From: Pseudomonadota bacterium
GTDB lineage: Bacteria > Pseudomonadota > Alphaproteobacteria > Caulobacterales > Caulobacteraceae
DNA length: 32,936 nucleotides
Reading direction: 5' to 3'
Assembly (NCBI GenBank): GCA_040386415.1
Contig: JAZKFM010000156.1
Span: forward strand, 1 to 32,936
The first letter of the stretch is position 1, and each line of letters opens with the position of its first letter. The notes beneath the pieces are model-generated. The model was given only the letters and a program-made list of their open reading frames with translations, did no database searches and was not told where the DNA came from. Both the position numbers and the translations under genes were made by a program. Below, one piece after another: positions 9,903-19,560 of this stretch.

Positions 9903-10019
9903 ATGACCCCTTCTTTGAACCTCGGCCGCGTCAGCGGTGTCGCCAGCCTGCTGATGGCCGCCCTGCCGGTCCTCAGCATCGCCATCGTCGCCCTCTCGGC
10001 GGGCCTCACGGTCGGCTAG
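9903..10019 (+). CDS. Small hydrophobic protein (38 aa), not in ORF track
   Basis: MTPSLNLGRVSGVASLLMAALPVLSIAIVALSAGLTVG*; GC3-rich codons; purine-rich gaaagaaaa upstream; fills an intergenic gap. Confidence 0.6.
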   Translation: MTPSLNLGRVSGVASLLMAALPVLSIAIVALSAGLTVG

Positions 10020-10073
10020 TCCCTCCCTTGGGTCATCCTTGACCCCTGGGCGGGCCTGGCCCAAACCGGAATC

Positions 10074-10517
10074 ATGGACCCCACCGCCGATCCCCTCGCC
10101 GAACAGGCCCGCCACATGGTCGAAACCGTGCCCCAGGCCGCAGCGCTCGGCTTCAGGCTGGTCTCGGTGGGCGGTGGCCGGGGCTCGATCCTCGTCCCCT
10201 GGCGCGCCGACCTGGTGGGAGATCCGGCCACCGACGTGATCGCCAGCGGCGTCGTCACCTCCCTGCTGGACCATTGCTGCGGACTGGCGATCAATTCGTC
10301 GAAGGGCGAACGCTTTCCCACCGCCACCCTGGACCTGCGCATCGACTACATGCGCCCGGCCGCCCCGCGGGCCGACATCACCGCGCTCGCCCACTGCTAC
10401 AAGATGACGAGGTCCATCGCCTTCGTCCGGGCCGAGGCCTGGGACGTCGATCTAGCCGACCCCATCGCCACGGCCCAGGCCGCCTTCATCCTGCATGGCG
10501 CGAGCGCGCCGCGATGA
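10074..10517 (+). CDS. PaaI family (hotdog) thioesterase
   Basis: LVGDP..VIASGVVTSLLD, ATLDLRIDYMRPA. Confidence 0.88.
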   Translation: MDPTADPLAEQARHMVETVPQAAALGFRLVSVGGGRGSILVPWRADLVGDPATDVIASGVVTSLLDHCCGLAINSSKGERFPTATLDLRIDYMRPAAPRADITALAHCYKMTRSIAFVRAEAWDVDLADPIATAQAAFILHGASAPR

Positions 10518-10930
10518 GCGAGGCCAACGACCGCCTTCAGGGGTTCCTGGCCTCGGTGCCCTACATCCGCTTCCTCGGCATGCGCTGCGAACTGGCCGGG
10601 GACGAGATGACCGCCATCCTGCCCTTCGCGCCGCACCTGATCGGCAACACCATGCTGCCGGCCCTGCATGGCGGCGTGATCGGGGCCTTCCTGGAGATGA
10701 CGGCGCTGGCCCAGCTCTCCGTGGTCCAGCAGACGCCCCGGGTCCACAAGACCATCGACGTGACCATCGAGTACCTGCGCCCCGGCCGGGCGCTCACCAC
10801 CTATGCCCGCGCCGACCTGCGCAAGGTCGGCCGCCGCATCGCCAATGTGACGGTGGAGGCCTGGCAGGAGGCGCGCGGGACCCCGGTCGCCGCCCTGCGC
10901 GGCCACTTCATGCTGAGTGGCGAGGACTAG
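10514..10930 (+). CDS. PaaI family thioesterase
   Basis: LIGN..ALHGGVIGAFLE, TIEYLRPG; ATGA overlap at 10514. Confidence 0.88.
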   Translation: MSEANDRLQGFLASVPYIRFLGMRCELAGDEMTAILPFAPHLIGNTMLPALHGGVIGAFLEMTALAQLSVVQQTPRVHKTIDVTIEYLRPGRALTTYARADLRKVGRRIANVTVEAWQEARGTPVAALRGHFMLSGED

Positions 10931-10932
10931 GC

Positions 10933-11937
10933 TCAGCTCGCCGGCCGCAGCGCCTTGGCCTCCGCACGCACCGCGTCCAGCGTGGCCTGGGCCTTGGCGA
11001 TCGCGGCGGGATCACCCTTGGTCTTGCTCTGAAGAAGCTGCTCGGTGGCCTCCATCTCGCGGACCGGCAGCAGGTGGGTCGCGTCGGCGCGCTTGAAGGG
11101 GCCCGTCTGGATGCGCCGCAGATTGTCCCTCTGGCGCTGCGCCTCAGGGCCGGTCCCGACGCCATAGGTGAGGAAGAACTGCCCGACCTTGGCCTTCACG
11201 GCCGGGTCCAGGTCCTTGCGCCAGACCATCGGGTCCTCGGGAATGGTGGGCGAGGTCCAGATCACCTTGAGATTGGCCAGGGTCGCTGCGGCCGCGCCGC
11301 CCTGCTGTTCAAGCCGTAACAGGGACTGGGTGTTGTTGGTGGCCGCGTCCAGCACCCCATTGCTCACGGCGAACAGGTTGGCCTCATGATTGGCCGAGCG
11401 GACGGTCTTGAAGCAGGTTTCCGGACTGATCGCGCGGGGCGCGAACAGATAGGTCATGGGGGCCAGGGTGCCGGAGGTGGACTTCACGTCCCCCATCCCG
11501 AAGTTCAGGGTCCTGTCGCACTTGAGCAGTCCCTCCAGGGTGATGGGGCCGTCCTTGGCCACGATGATCACCGACTGGTAGCCGTCCTGGCCGCCGTCCG
11601 GCTTGGTGGTGCGGGCGAAGATCTCGCCGTTCGAGCGGCGCACCGCCTCCAGTCCCGACTGGTTGCTGAACCAGCCCAGGTCTGTCTGCTTGAAGCGCAT
11701 GGCCTCGATCAGCGACGAATAGTTGCTGCCGAAGAAAGGCTTGATGGTGAGCCCCGTCGCCTTCTCCATGTCGGCCAGAACCGGGGTCCACTCCGCCGCC
11801 GCGGTCGACGCCTTCTCGGTGGAGAGGATCGAAAAGGTCAGGGTGGTCCGGGCCGGCGGCGCGTCCGCAGACTTGGCGCAGGCGGCGAGCAGGAGGGTCA
11901 GCGAGAGCAGGGCTGCGCCCGTTCTGAAAGAGATCAT
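10933..11937 (-). CDS. phnD: Phosphate/phosphite/phosphonate ABC substrate-binding lipoprotein
   Basis: Lipobox LLLAAC; [45 protein letters not shown]; ATG at 11937. Confidence 0.88.
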   Translation of the reverse strand: MISFRTGAALLSLTLLLAACAKSADAPPARTTLTFSILSTEKASTAAAEWTPVLADMEKATGLTIKPFFGSNYSSLIEAMRFKQTDLGWFSNQSGLEAVRRSNGEIFARTTKPDGGQDGYQSVIIVAKDGPITLEGLLKCDRTLNFGMGDVKSTSGTLAPMTYLFAPRAISPETCFKTVRSANHEANLFAVSNGVLDAATNNTQSLLRLEQQGGAAAATLANLKVIWTSPTIPEDPMVWRKDLDPAVKAKVGQFFLTYGVGTGPEAQRQRDNLRRIQTGPFKRADATHLLPVREMEATEQLLQSKTKGDPAAIAKAQATLDAVRAEAKALRPAS

Positions 11938-11982
11938 CGGCACACCTGGTATGAGGTCCAACCCCCTGTTTCGCCTGTTCTT

Positions 11983-12000
11983 GTGACGCTTGTCCGACAA
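11983..12000 (-). promoter_or_regulatory. Possible Pho box upstream of phnD
   Basis: Minus strand TTGTCGG-acaa-GCGTCAC, two GTC cores 11 bp apart; degenerate match to the PhoB consensus. Confidence 0.35.
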
Positions 12001-12054
12001 GGGCCAGTGAAAACTAAGCTTGAGGCAGGGCAGTTTGGGCGCTAACGCCCGCCC

Positions 12055-13746
12055 ATGTCACTGCAAGGTCTCTCCCACCAAGCCCGCGAGGCCAAGAGCT
12101 GGCCCTTCGAACAGGCCCGCCTGCTGCTGGCGCGCATCCTGCGCCTGCGGCTCACCGACGCCGAGCGCGACCTGGCCGCCAGCCTGATCCACGAGGGCAA
12201 GGCCGGCGAGGCCGTGGCGACCTTCCCGGCGCTCAACAGGCCGGTGGTGTTCCAGTGTGGGTTCGGGGCCTCGGGCCTGCCGCACATGGGCACCTTCGGC
12301 GAGGCCGCGCGCCCGACCATGGTGCGCAACGCCTTCCGCGCGCTCACCGAGGACCAGATCCCCACCAAGCTGATCGTCTTCTCCGACGACATGGACGGCC
12401 TGCGGAAGATTCCCGACAACGTGCCCAACCGCGAGATGCTGGAGGAGGACCGCGACAAGCCGGTCTCCAGCGCGCGCGACCCCTTCGGCGAGTATGAGAG
12501 CTTCGCCCACCACAACAACGCCCGCCTGCGCGCCTTCCTCGACGGCTTCGGCTTCGACTATGAGTTCATGTCGTCCACCGAGACCTACCGTTCCGGCAAG
12601 TTCGACGCGGTGCTGACCCGCATGCTGGAGCGGTTCGACGCCATCCAGGCGGTGATGCTGCCGACGCTGGGCGAAGAGCGCCGCGCCACCTACTCGCCCT
12701 TCCTGCCCATCAGCCCGGTGAGCGGCAAGGTGCTGCAGGTCCCGACGCTTGAGCGCGATGTCGCCAAGGGGACCATCGTCTTCGACGACCCGGACGGGGG
12801 CCGCACCGAACTGCCGGTCACCGGCGGCCATGTGAAGATCCAGTGGCGCCCCGACTGGGCCGTGCGCTGGACCGCCCTGGAGGTCGACTTCGAGGCCTCG
12901 GGCAAGGACCTGATCGATAGCGTCCGCGTCTCCGACAAGCTCGCCAAGGTGCTGGGGGGCGTCCCCCCGGTGGCCTTCCACTACGAGCTGTTCATGGACG
13001 AGAACAACCAGAAGATCTCCAAGTCCAAGGGCAACGGCCTGACCATGGAGGAGTGGCTGCGCTACGGCGCGCCCGAGAGCCTGGCCTATTACATGTACCA
13101 GTCGCCGAAGTCGGCCAAGCGGCTGTTCTTCGACGTCATCCCCAAGGCGACGGACGAGTATCTGCAGCAGCTGGACGCCTTCAACCGCGCGCGCGGCGAC
13201 GCCAACGCCGTGTCCCTGGACAACCCGGCCTGGCACGTCCATCGCGGCGCGCCGCCGGAGCAGGGCTCCCCGGTCAGCTTCTCCCTGCTGCTGAACCTGG
13301 TGTCGGCGGCCGACGCCTCCACCAAGGACATCCTCTGGGGCTTCATCCAGAACTACATTCCCGGCGCGACGCCGCAGAGCCAGCCGCTGCTGGACCGGCT
13401 GAGCGACTACGCGATCAACTACTACGAGGACTTCGTGAAGCCCTCGAAGACCTTCCGCCTGGCCAACGACCAGGAGGCCGCCGCCATGGGCGACCTGGCC
13501 GCCCGCCTGCGGGCCCTGCCGGCCGGGGCCGACGCCGAGGCCATCCAGAACGAGGTGTTTGAGGCCGGCAAGGCGGCGGGCTTCGAGCCCCTGCGCCTGT
13601 GGTTCACCGCCCTCTACGAAGTGCTCCTGGGCCAGAGCCAGGGGCCCCGCTTCGGCTCCTTCGCCGCGATCTTCGGGCTGGAGCGCACCATCGCGTTGAT
13701 CGAGCGCGGCGCGGCGGGGGAGCTGGTGGCGGCGGCGAAGGCCTGA
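12055..13746 (+). CDS. lysS: Lysine--tRNA ligase, class I
   Basis: [13 protein letters not shown] (HIGH-like), [19 protein letters not shown] (KMSKS-like), QGPRFGSF. Confidence 0.96.
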   Translation: MSLQGLSHQAREAKSWPFEQARLLLARILRLRLTDAERDLAASLIHEGKAGEAVATFPALNRPVVFQCGFGASGLPHMGTFGEAARPTMVRNAFRALTEDQIPTKLIVFSDDMDGLRKIPDNVPNREMLEEDRDKPVSSARDPFGEYESFAHHNNARLRAFLDGFGFDYEFMSSTETYRSGKFDAVLTRMLERFDAIQAVMLPTLGEERRATYSPFLPISPVSGKVLQVPTLERDVAKGTIVFDDPDGGRTELPVTGGHVKIQWRPDWAVRWTALEVDFEASGKDLIDSVRVSDKLAKVLGGVPPVAFHYELFMDENNQKISKSKGNGLTMEEWLRYGAPESLAYYMYQSPKSAKRLFFDVIPKATDEYLQQLDAFNRARGDANAVSLDNPAWHVHRGAPPEQGSPVSFSLLLNLVSAADASTKDILWGFIQNYIPGATPQSQPLLDRLSDYAINYYEDFVKPSKTFRLANDQEAAAMGDLAARLRALPAGADAEAIQNEVFEAGKAAGFEPLRLWFTALYEVLLGQSQGPRFGSFAAIFGLERTIALIERGAAGELVAAAKA

Positions 13747-13894
13747 CCCCCTCCGTCTCGGCTCCGCCGATCCACCTCCCCCGAACCGCGCTTTGCGCTG
13801 GGGGAGGAATGTCGCGCTCCCAAATCCTCCTCCAGGCCGCAGGCCGGATCGGGGGAGGTGGCGCGCGCATGAGCATGTGACGGAGGGGGCTAGG
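13747..13894. repeat. Structured palindromic intergenic repeat, family B copy 1
   Basis: Terminal IR ccccctccgtc/gacggaggggg, internal cctccccc..gggggagg hairpins; inverted homolog of 21269..21420. Confidence 0.9.
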
Positions 13895-13899
13895 CCCTC

Positions 13900-16356
13900 T
13901 CAGTACTCCCCGTCATCCCCGATCGGCATGCCCGGCGGAACCGTCGGCTTGACCTTGGGCGAGGCCAGCACCCGGGCCATCTCGTCCTTGTCGACGATCA
14001 GCCCCGCCAGCCGCAGGCGGTGCGCGCGCTCCGAGCCGGCGCCGGGCGCCGCCCGCAGCCGCGACGCCAGGTCGGCCAGCCGCTGGTCGATCTCCGCCGA
14101 CACCGCCGGCGAGGTCTCGGCCCTGCGCGACACCGAGGCCATTTCCAGCACCGTGCGGGTCTGCACACGCCGCGCGATCTCGGCGTCGCGGCCCGCGGCG
14201 GGGGCGAAGGCTGTCGCGATCAACCGGTCCAGCACCTCGCCGGCCCCGGGCAGGCTCGCGTCGCGGCGATGCTGTTCCACCAGGCGCTTCAGGCGGTCGG
14301 GCGTGGTCAGCGCGCCGATAGCCAGGCCCGCGGCCACGTCGGCGGCGGTGAGAGGATCGAAGACCGGGCCGCCGTCGAGGACCTCGATCTCGAACTGCCG
14401 GTCGTCATCCCCGGACTGGCCGGCCGAGAGCAGGGGGATGAGGGCCTCGGGGGTATCCAGTTCGGAAGGCTTGAGGGTCGCCAGCACCGCCGCCAGCGCC
14501 GCCCGCTGCCGGGTCGCCGGCACGATGGGCGAGGCGCTGTGGACATCGCCCTTCACGCCGTAGGGATACTCCACCCCGGCCACCTGCTTGGCGGCGGCCT
14601 CCAGCTGGTAGCGGTGCAGCAGGTAGATGGGCACGTATTTGCGGCGCAGGTTGGCCATCGGTTCACCGGCCTTCAGGGCCCCGGTCCCGAAGCGGTCGAG
14701 GGCGGCGCGGCGCACGGCCATCATGCGGGTCAGCTCGGCGGTGGCGTCGGCGCCGTCGTCCCACAGGCCGCCCCAGGGCTGGGCCGCGCCGGGCGCGCGG
14801 CTGTCGCCATCGGTGACAAAGCGGGCGCCGCGATCGGCCTGCGCCCTGGCCTTCGCCGCCAGCGCGGCCTCCCCGGCCTTGCCCGCCGGGACCTGGCCGT
14901 AGAGCCAGTCGACGATGAAACGGTCCCAGGCGCCCAGGCCTGCGCCATAGGCGTCGGAGAGGTCGGGCTTGCCATCCACCAGGCCCACGCGGGGGGCGGG
15001 ATAGTCCATGACCGAGGCGCGATCTTGCGTGCTGCCGGCGAAATTGTGCGCAAAGCCCAGGGAGTGGCCGACCTCGTGGGCCGACAGCTGGCGCAGGCGG
15101 GCCAGGGAGACCTGGATCGGGTCGTTGGACCCGCCGGTCCCGTTCTTGTCGGCGCCCACCAGACCCTCGAAGATCAGCATGTCCTGGCGCACCCGCAGCG
15201 CGCCCAGCAGCACGCTGCCCTTGAGGATCTCTCCGGTGCGCGGGTCCTTCACCGACTGGCCCACTGACCAACCTCGGGTGGCGCGGTCGATCCAGTTGAT
15301 GACGCTGTAGCGGACGTCGAGCGGATCAATGCCCTCGGGCAATATCTCCGCCCGGTAGGCGTCCTGATAGCCCGCCGCCTCGAAGGCCTGGGCCCACCAG
15401 GCCGCGCCCTCCTGAAGGGCCGTGCGGATCGGCTCGGGGGCGGCGCGGTCCACATAGAAGACGATGGGCTTCTTGACGGGGGACCTGGCCGCCGTGGGGT
15501 CGGTCTTCTCCAGCCGGAAACGATAGGCCATCTGGCCGACGATCTCCTCGCCCAGCGGCGCGGCGTAGTCGAGCACCACCCCGCCGAACACGCCGGCCCG
15601 CGGGTCGAACTTCCGCGGCTCGTAGCCGGGCTCCGGCAGTTTCACCAGGCTGTGGCGAACCTGCAGCGTGATCAGCTTGGCGTCCGGAGCGATGTTGCGG
15701 CTCTCCGGGCCGGGGGTGTCGGACTGGTAGGTCTGGCGGGCCTCGAACTCCAGGTTCTCGGGGAAGATCTTCACCGAGGATGGATCGGCCACCGAGAGAT
15801 CGGGAACCAGCCTGTAGCCCTTCTCGTCAGCGTTCTTCAGGGCGTCGGCGGCGCCCATGACGTCGCGGGTCAGGAAGGTGGAGATGTCCACCAGGACGCG
15901 ACCGTCGCCCTCGGTCCCGGCGACTTCTCCGGCCCATACCGTGGAGGTGGCGAAGGCCTCGCGGGCGGCGGTCTGCTCCGGGACCGGGGCGCCCGCCGCG
16001 CGGAAGCGGAGGTTCTCGTACTCGGCGAACACCTTCTTTCCGAGGCGCCGGAAGACGAGCACCTGGGTTTCGCGGATCGCGGCCCGGTCCAATCCCACCG
16101 GCGCCGAGCCCAGGCCGGTCCGCAGAGCCGTCAGATAGAGGAAGCGGCCGCTCACCCCGTCGGCGTCGGCGGGCGGCAGGGAGAGCAGGATCCTGCCCTT
16201 GGCCTTGTCCACATAGACCGGCAGCAGGCCATCCTGGCGCTGGGCTCCGGCCGTGGCGGAAGCTTCCGGGCCGGGCTTATCCCGCGCCGTCGCGGGCGAC
16301 CCCGCCAGGAGGACCAGGGCGACCGCCCCCGAGCAAAGCCAAGCCACGCGTCTCAT
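13900..16356 (-). CDS. Secreted zinc-dependent metalloprotease (metzincin, DUF5117/DUF4953-like)
   Basis: Signal peptide; HEVGHSLGFAH zinc motif; SVMDY Met-turn; PVKKPIVFYVD, DPRTGEIL. Confidence 0.88.
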   Translation of the reverse strand: MRRVAWLCSGAVALVLLAGSPATARDKPGPEASATAGAQRQDGLLPVYVDKAKGRILLSLPPADADGVSGRFLYLTALRTGLGSAPVGLDRAAIRETQVLVFRRLGKKVFAEYENLRFRAAGAPVPEQTAAREAFATSTVWAGEVAGTEGDGRVLVDISTFLTRDVMGAADALKNADEKGYRLVPDLSVADPSSVKIFPENLEFEARQTYQSDTPGPESRNIAPDAKLITLQVRHSLVKLPEPGYEPRKFDPRAGVFGGVVLDYAAPLGEEIVGQMAYRFRLEKTDPTAARSPVKKPIVFYVDRAAPEPIRTALQEGAAWWAQAFEAAGYQDAYRAEILPEGIDPLDVRYSVINWIDRATRGWSVGQSVKDPRTGEILKGSVLLGALRVRQDMLIFEGLVGADKNGTGGSNDPIQVSLARLRQLSAHEVGHSLGFAHNFAGSTQDRASVMDYPAPRVGLVDGKPDLSDAYGAGLGAWDRFIVDWLYGQVPAGKAGEAALAAKARAQADRGARFVTDGDSRAPGAAQPWGGLWDDGADATAELTRMMAVRRAALDRFGTGALKAGEPMANLRRKYVPIYLLHRYQLEAAAKQVAGVEYPYGVKGDVHSASPIVPATRQRAALAAVLATLKPSELDTPEALIPLLSAGQSGDDDRQFEIEVLDGGPVFDPLTAADVAAGLAIGALTTPDRLKRLVEQHRRDASLPGAGEVLDRLIATAFAPAAGRDAEIARRVQTRTVLEMASVSRRAETSPAVSAEIDQRLADLASRLRAAPGAGSERAHRLRLAGLIVDKDEMARVLASPKVKPTVPPGMPIGDDGEY

Positions 16357-16382
16357 CGAACCGCCCCCATTTGGGGCTTAGC

Positions 16383-16496
16383 CTAGAGCGCGTCAGGGTT
16401 AGGTGGAAACCGGTTAACCCGTCCGACGCGCTCTACATTCCCGGTTTGGAACCCTTTTGAACGGGTCAGATGACGTCTGACCCTAAAGGGTTCCAA
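16383..16496. repeat. CIR/Bru-RS-like double-hairpin intergenic repeat, copy 1
   Basis: tagagcgcgtc..accggtt..gacgcgctcta followed by ttggaacccttt..gggtcaga/tctgaccc..aaagggttccaa; same layout as 21848..21965. Confidence 0.82.
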
Positions 16497-16551
16497 TGGC
16501 CCGCCGCGACGATCACAAGCCCGCGAGCCGCTCCAAGTTACCAACGATCAT

Positions 16552-16581
16552 GTTGACGTTAACGGAACTCAGGCTTACGCT
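16552..16581 (+). promoter_or_regulatory. Sigma70-type promoter overlapped by a LiuR-like operator
   Basis: TTGACG (16553-58), 17 bp spacer, TACGCT (16576-81); TTGACGTTAACGGAA resembles the TTTACGTwwACGTAAA palindrome. Confidence 0.6.
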
Positions 16582-16616
16582 TTGGGAAAGCAAAAGGTCG
16601 AGGGAGGACCATCCAG

Positions 16617-17090
16617 ATGCCCATGGAATTGCGCCGTCCGGCGCGCACCTTCACCATCCGTCAGTTGTGCCTGGAGTTTAAGTGCACGCCGCGCGCCCTG
16701 CGCTTCTATGAGGACAAGGGCCTGCTGTCCCCGGCTCGCGACGGCATGAACCGGGTCTATTCCTACAAGGACCGCGGCCGGCTGCAGCTGATCCTGAACG
16801 GCAAGCGCGTGGGCTTGGCCCTGGCCGAGATCGGCGAGATCCTCGATCTCTATGACCTGAACGACGGCGGCGCGGCCCAGAACATCAAGTCGCTCACCAA
16901 GTTCCGCGAGCGGATCGTGGCCCTGGAGGCCCAGCGCCAGGACATCGACAAGGCCATCGACGAGCTGCGCGCCGGCTGCGACGCCCTGGAGGCGCAGCTC
17001 TCGCGCACACGCCCCGACCTGCTGCCCCGCGCCGCCGACTACGACCAGGTTCTGCGTGAGCGTCTCGGCGATCTCGAACACGCCAAATAG
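16617..17090 (+). CDS. MerR family regulator, LiuR-like
   Basis: FTIRQL..EF..TPRALRFYEDKGLLSPAR.G..RVY..DR.RL.LIL.GKRVG; GGAGG RBS; upstream of an acyl-CoA dehydrogenase. Confidence 0.9.
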   Translation: MPMELRRPARTFTIRQLCLEFKCTPRALRFYEDKGLLSPARDGMNRVYSYKDRGRLQLILNGKRVGLALAEIGEILDLYDLNDGGAAQNIKSLTKFRERIVALEAQRQDIDKAIDELRAGCDALEAQLSRTRPDLLPRAADYDQVLRERLGDLEHAK

Positions 17091-17182
17091 GCCTCGGCGC
17101 TTCGCGCCGCGCGCATTCCTCAGCTAGTATCCTTCAAGGGCTTCCGACCCGTCGGGAGCCCTTTACCCATTCCGGAGCGGAC

Positions 17183-18970
17183 ATGACCTACCAGCCCCCC
17201 GTGCGCGACCACGTCTTCCTGCTGCGCGACGTGCTGCAGATCGAGAAGTACGCCGACCTGCCGGCCTTCGCCGACGCCTCAATGGACGTGGTGGAGCAGA
17301 TCATCGAGGAGGGCGGCCGCTTCGCCGCCGAGGTGCTCGCGCCCCTGAACGCCATCGGCGACAAGGAAGGCTGCACCTGGCGCCCGGACAACACCGTCAC
17401 CACGCCCAAGGGCTTCAAGGAAGCCTACGCCCAGCTCGTCGAGGGCGGCTGGCCGGCGATCGGCGCGGAGCCGGCCTATGGCGGCCAGGGCCTGCCCCAC
17501 GTGGTGAACCTGTCCTTCTCGGAGATGAGCTCCTCGGCCAACATGGCCTTCTCCATGTATCCGGGCCTGACCCACGGCTGCTATTCGGCGATTCTCAACG
17601 GCGGATCGGACGCGCAAAAGAGCCTGTACCTGCCCAACCTGGTCTCCGGGAAATGGGGCGGGACCATGAACCTGACCGAGCCCCAGTGCGGCACCGACCT
17701 TGGCCTGCTGCGCACCAAGGCGGTCGCCCAGGCCGACGGCAGCTACAAGATCTCGGGCCAGAAAATCTGGATCTCGGGCGGCGAGCACGACATGGCCGAG
17801 AACATCGTCCACCTGGTTCTGGCCCGCATCGAGGGCGCGCCGGCCGGAGTGCGGGGGATCAGCCTGTTCATCGTGCCGAAGTTCATCCCCGACGCGGACG
17901 GCAAGCCCGGCGTGCGCAACAGCGTCTTCTGCGCGGGCCTCGAAGAGAAGATGGGCATCCACGGCAACGCCACCTGCGTCATCCAGCACGAGGAGAGCAC
18001 CGGCTGGCTGGTGGGGACCGAAAACCAGGGCCTGCGCCTGATGTTCGTGATGATGAACGAGGCCCGGATCGGGGTGGGCCTGCAGGGGATCGCCCAGGCC
18101 GAGGCCGCCTACCAGGCCGCAGCCAGCTTCGCCAAGGACCGCCTGCAGGGCCGCTCGCTGACCGGCCCCAAGAACCCCGACGGTCCCGCCGACCCGATCA
18201 TCGTCCACCCCGATGTGCGCCGCATGCTGATGGACAGCCGCGCCGTCATCGAGGCCGGCCGCGCCTTCCTGTTCTGGACCGCCCTGCACGGCGACCTGGC
18301 CCACGCCAGCCCCGACGAGGACGTCCGCCAGAAGGCCAATGATTTCATGGCCCTGATGACCCCGGTGGTGAAGGGCTTCCTCACCGACAAGGGGCTGAAG
18401 GTCTGTTCCGACGCCCTGCAGATCCACGGCGGCTCGGGCTTCACCGAGCACTTCCCGGCCAGCCAGTACATGCGCGATGTCCGCATCGCCCTGATCTATG
18501 AGGGCACCAACGGCGTCCAGGCCCTGGACCTGGTGGGCCGCAAGCTGGCGGCGGACGGCGGCCGGGGCGTGATGAGCTTCTTCGCCGAGATCGACGCCTT
18601 CGTGGAGGCCAACCAGGCCGACGCCGCCCTCCAGCCCTTCACCGAGGGCCTGGCCGAGGCCAAGGCCAAGCTGCAGGAGGGCACCATGTGGCTGATGCAG
18701 AACGGGCTGATGAACCCGGAGAACGCCGGGGCGGCGTCCACCGACTACATGCACCTCTTCGGGCTCACCGCGCTCGCCTACATGTGGGCGCTGATCGCCA
18801 AGACCGCCCAGGCCAAGGTCGCGGCGGGCGACACCGACCCCTTCTACGCCAACAAGCTGGTGGTGGGCCGCTACTACATGCAGCGCCTCCTGCCCGACGC
18901 CGGCGCCCACCTGGCCAAGCTGACCACGGGGTCGGAGCTGATGATGGCCCTGCCGGCGGAGGCCTTCTGA
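17183..18970 (+). CDS. Acyl-CoA dehydrogenase (DmdC/MmgC-like long form)
   Basis: GTMNLTEPQCGTDLG, GQKIWIS, EEKMGIHGNATC, QIHGGSGF, IYEGTNGVQALDLVGRK. Confidence 0.94.
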   Translation: MTYQPPVRDHVFLLRDVLQIEKYADLPAFADASMDVVEQIIEEGGRFAAEVLAPLNAIGDKEGCTWRPDNTVTTPKGFKEAYAQLVEGGWPAIGAEPAYGGQGLPHVVNLSFSEMSSSANMAFSMYPGLTHGCYSAILNGGSDAQKSLYLPNLVSGKWGGTMNLTEPQCGTDLGLLRTKAVAQADGSYKISGQKIWISGGEHDMAENIVHLVLARIEGAPAGVRGISLFIVPKFIPDADGKPGVRNSVFCAGLEEKMGIHGNATCVIQHEESTGWLVGTENQGLRLMFVMMNEARIGVGLQGIAQAEAAYQAAASFAKDRLQGRSLTGPKNPDGPADPIIVHPDVRRMLMDSRAVIEAGRAFLFWTALHGDLAHASPDEDVRQKANDFMALMTPVVKGFLTDKGLKVCSDALQIHGGSGFTEHFPASQYMRDVRIALIYEGTNGVQALDLVGRKLAADGGRGVMSFFAEIDAFVEANQADAALQPFTEGLAEAKAKLQEGTMWLMQNGLMNPENAGAASTDYMHLFGLTALAYMWALIAKTAQAKVAAGDTDPFYANKLVVGRYYMQRLLPDAGAHLAKLTTGSELMMALPAEAF

Positions 18971-18972
18971 CC

Positions 18973-19440
18973 ATGGCGAAGTACGTCGCCGAGGTCCTCT
19001 GGACCCTCAAGGACGGCGAGGACTTCCTGAAGGGCCGCTACAGCCGCGGCCATTCGATCACCTTCGACGGCGGCGTCGAGCTCGCCGCCTCGGCTTCGCC
19101 GCACGTGGTGGGCAAGTGGGCGGATGCAGCGGCCGTCGACCCGGAGGAGATGATGGTGGCGGCCCTCAGCAACTGCCACATGCTGACCTTCCTGCACCGG
19201 GCCCGGCTCGCCGGTTTCCTGGCGGTGCGATACCAGGACGCCGCCGAGGGGATCATGGAGGAGGTCCGCCCCGGGCGTCAGGCCCTGACCAAGGTCTGGT
19301 TGCGGCCGGTCATCGCCTGGCAGGGCGGCGAGCCCACCGCCGAGCAGCTGGCCCAACTGCACCACGAGGCCCACGACGAGTGCTTCATCGCCAATTCGGT
19401 GACGACGCAGGTGGTGGTCGAGGCGCGCACCTCCGAATAG
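18973..19440 (+). CDS. OsmC family protein
   Basis: YSRGH, DPEEMMVAALSNCHMLTFL, AHDECFIANSV with two conserved Cys; ATG at 18973. Confidence 0.9.
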   Translation: MAKYVAEVLWTLKDGEDFLKGRYSRGHSITFDGGVELAASASPHVVGKWADAAAVDPEEMMVAALSNCHMLTFLHRARLAGFLAVRYQDAAEGIMEEVRPGRQALTKVWLRPVIAWQGGEPTAEQLAQLHHEAHDECFIANSVTTQVVVEARTSE

Positions 19441-19560
19441 GCGCGCTTTCCCGCATTCCGCGTTCGGCGACCGGCGCTTTACGAATGGTTTATGCGCGGT
19501 GGCGTAGCGTCAACCCGAAGGGGGCGTGTCCGAGACCTCCAATCGGGGACGCCGGCTATC

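Noticed and set aside
12055-13746. Class I LysRS as an archaeal-type horizontal acquisition
   Set aside because: Class I LysRS is normal in many Alphaproteobacteria
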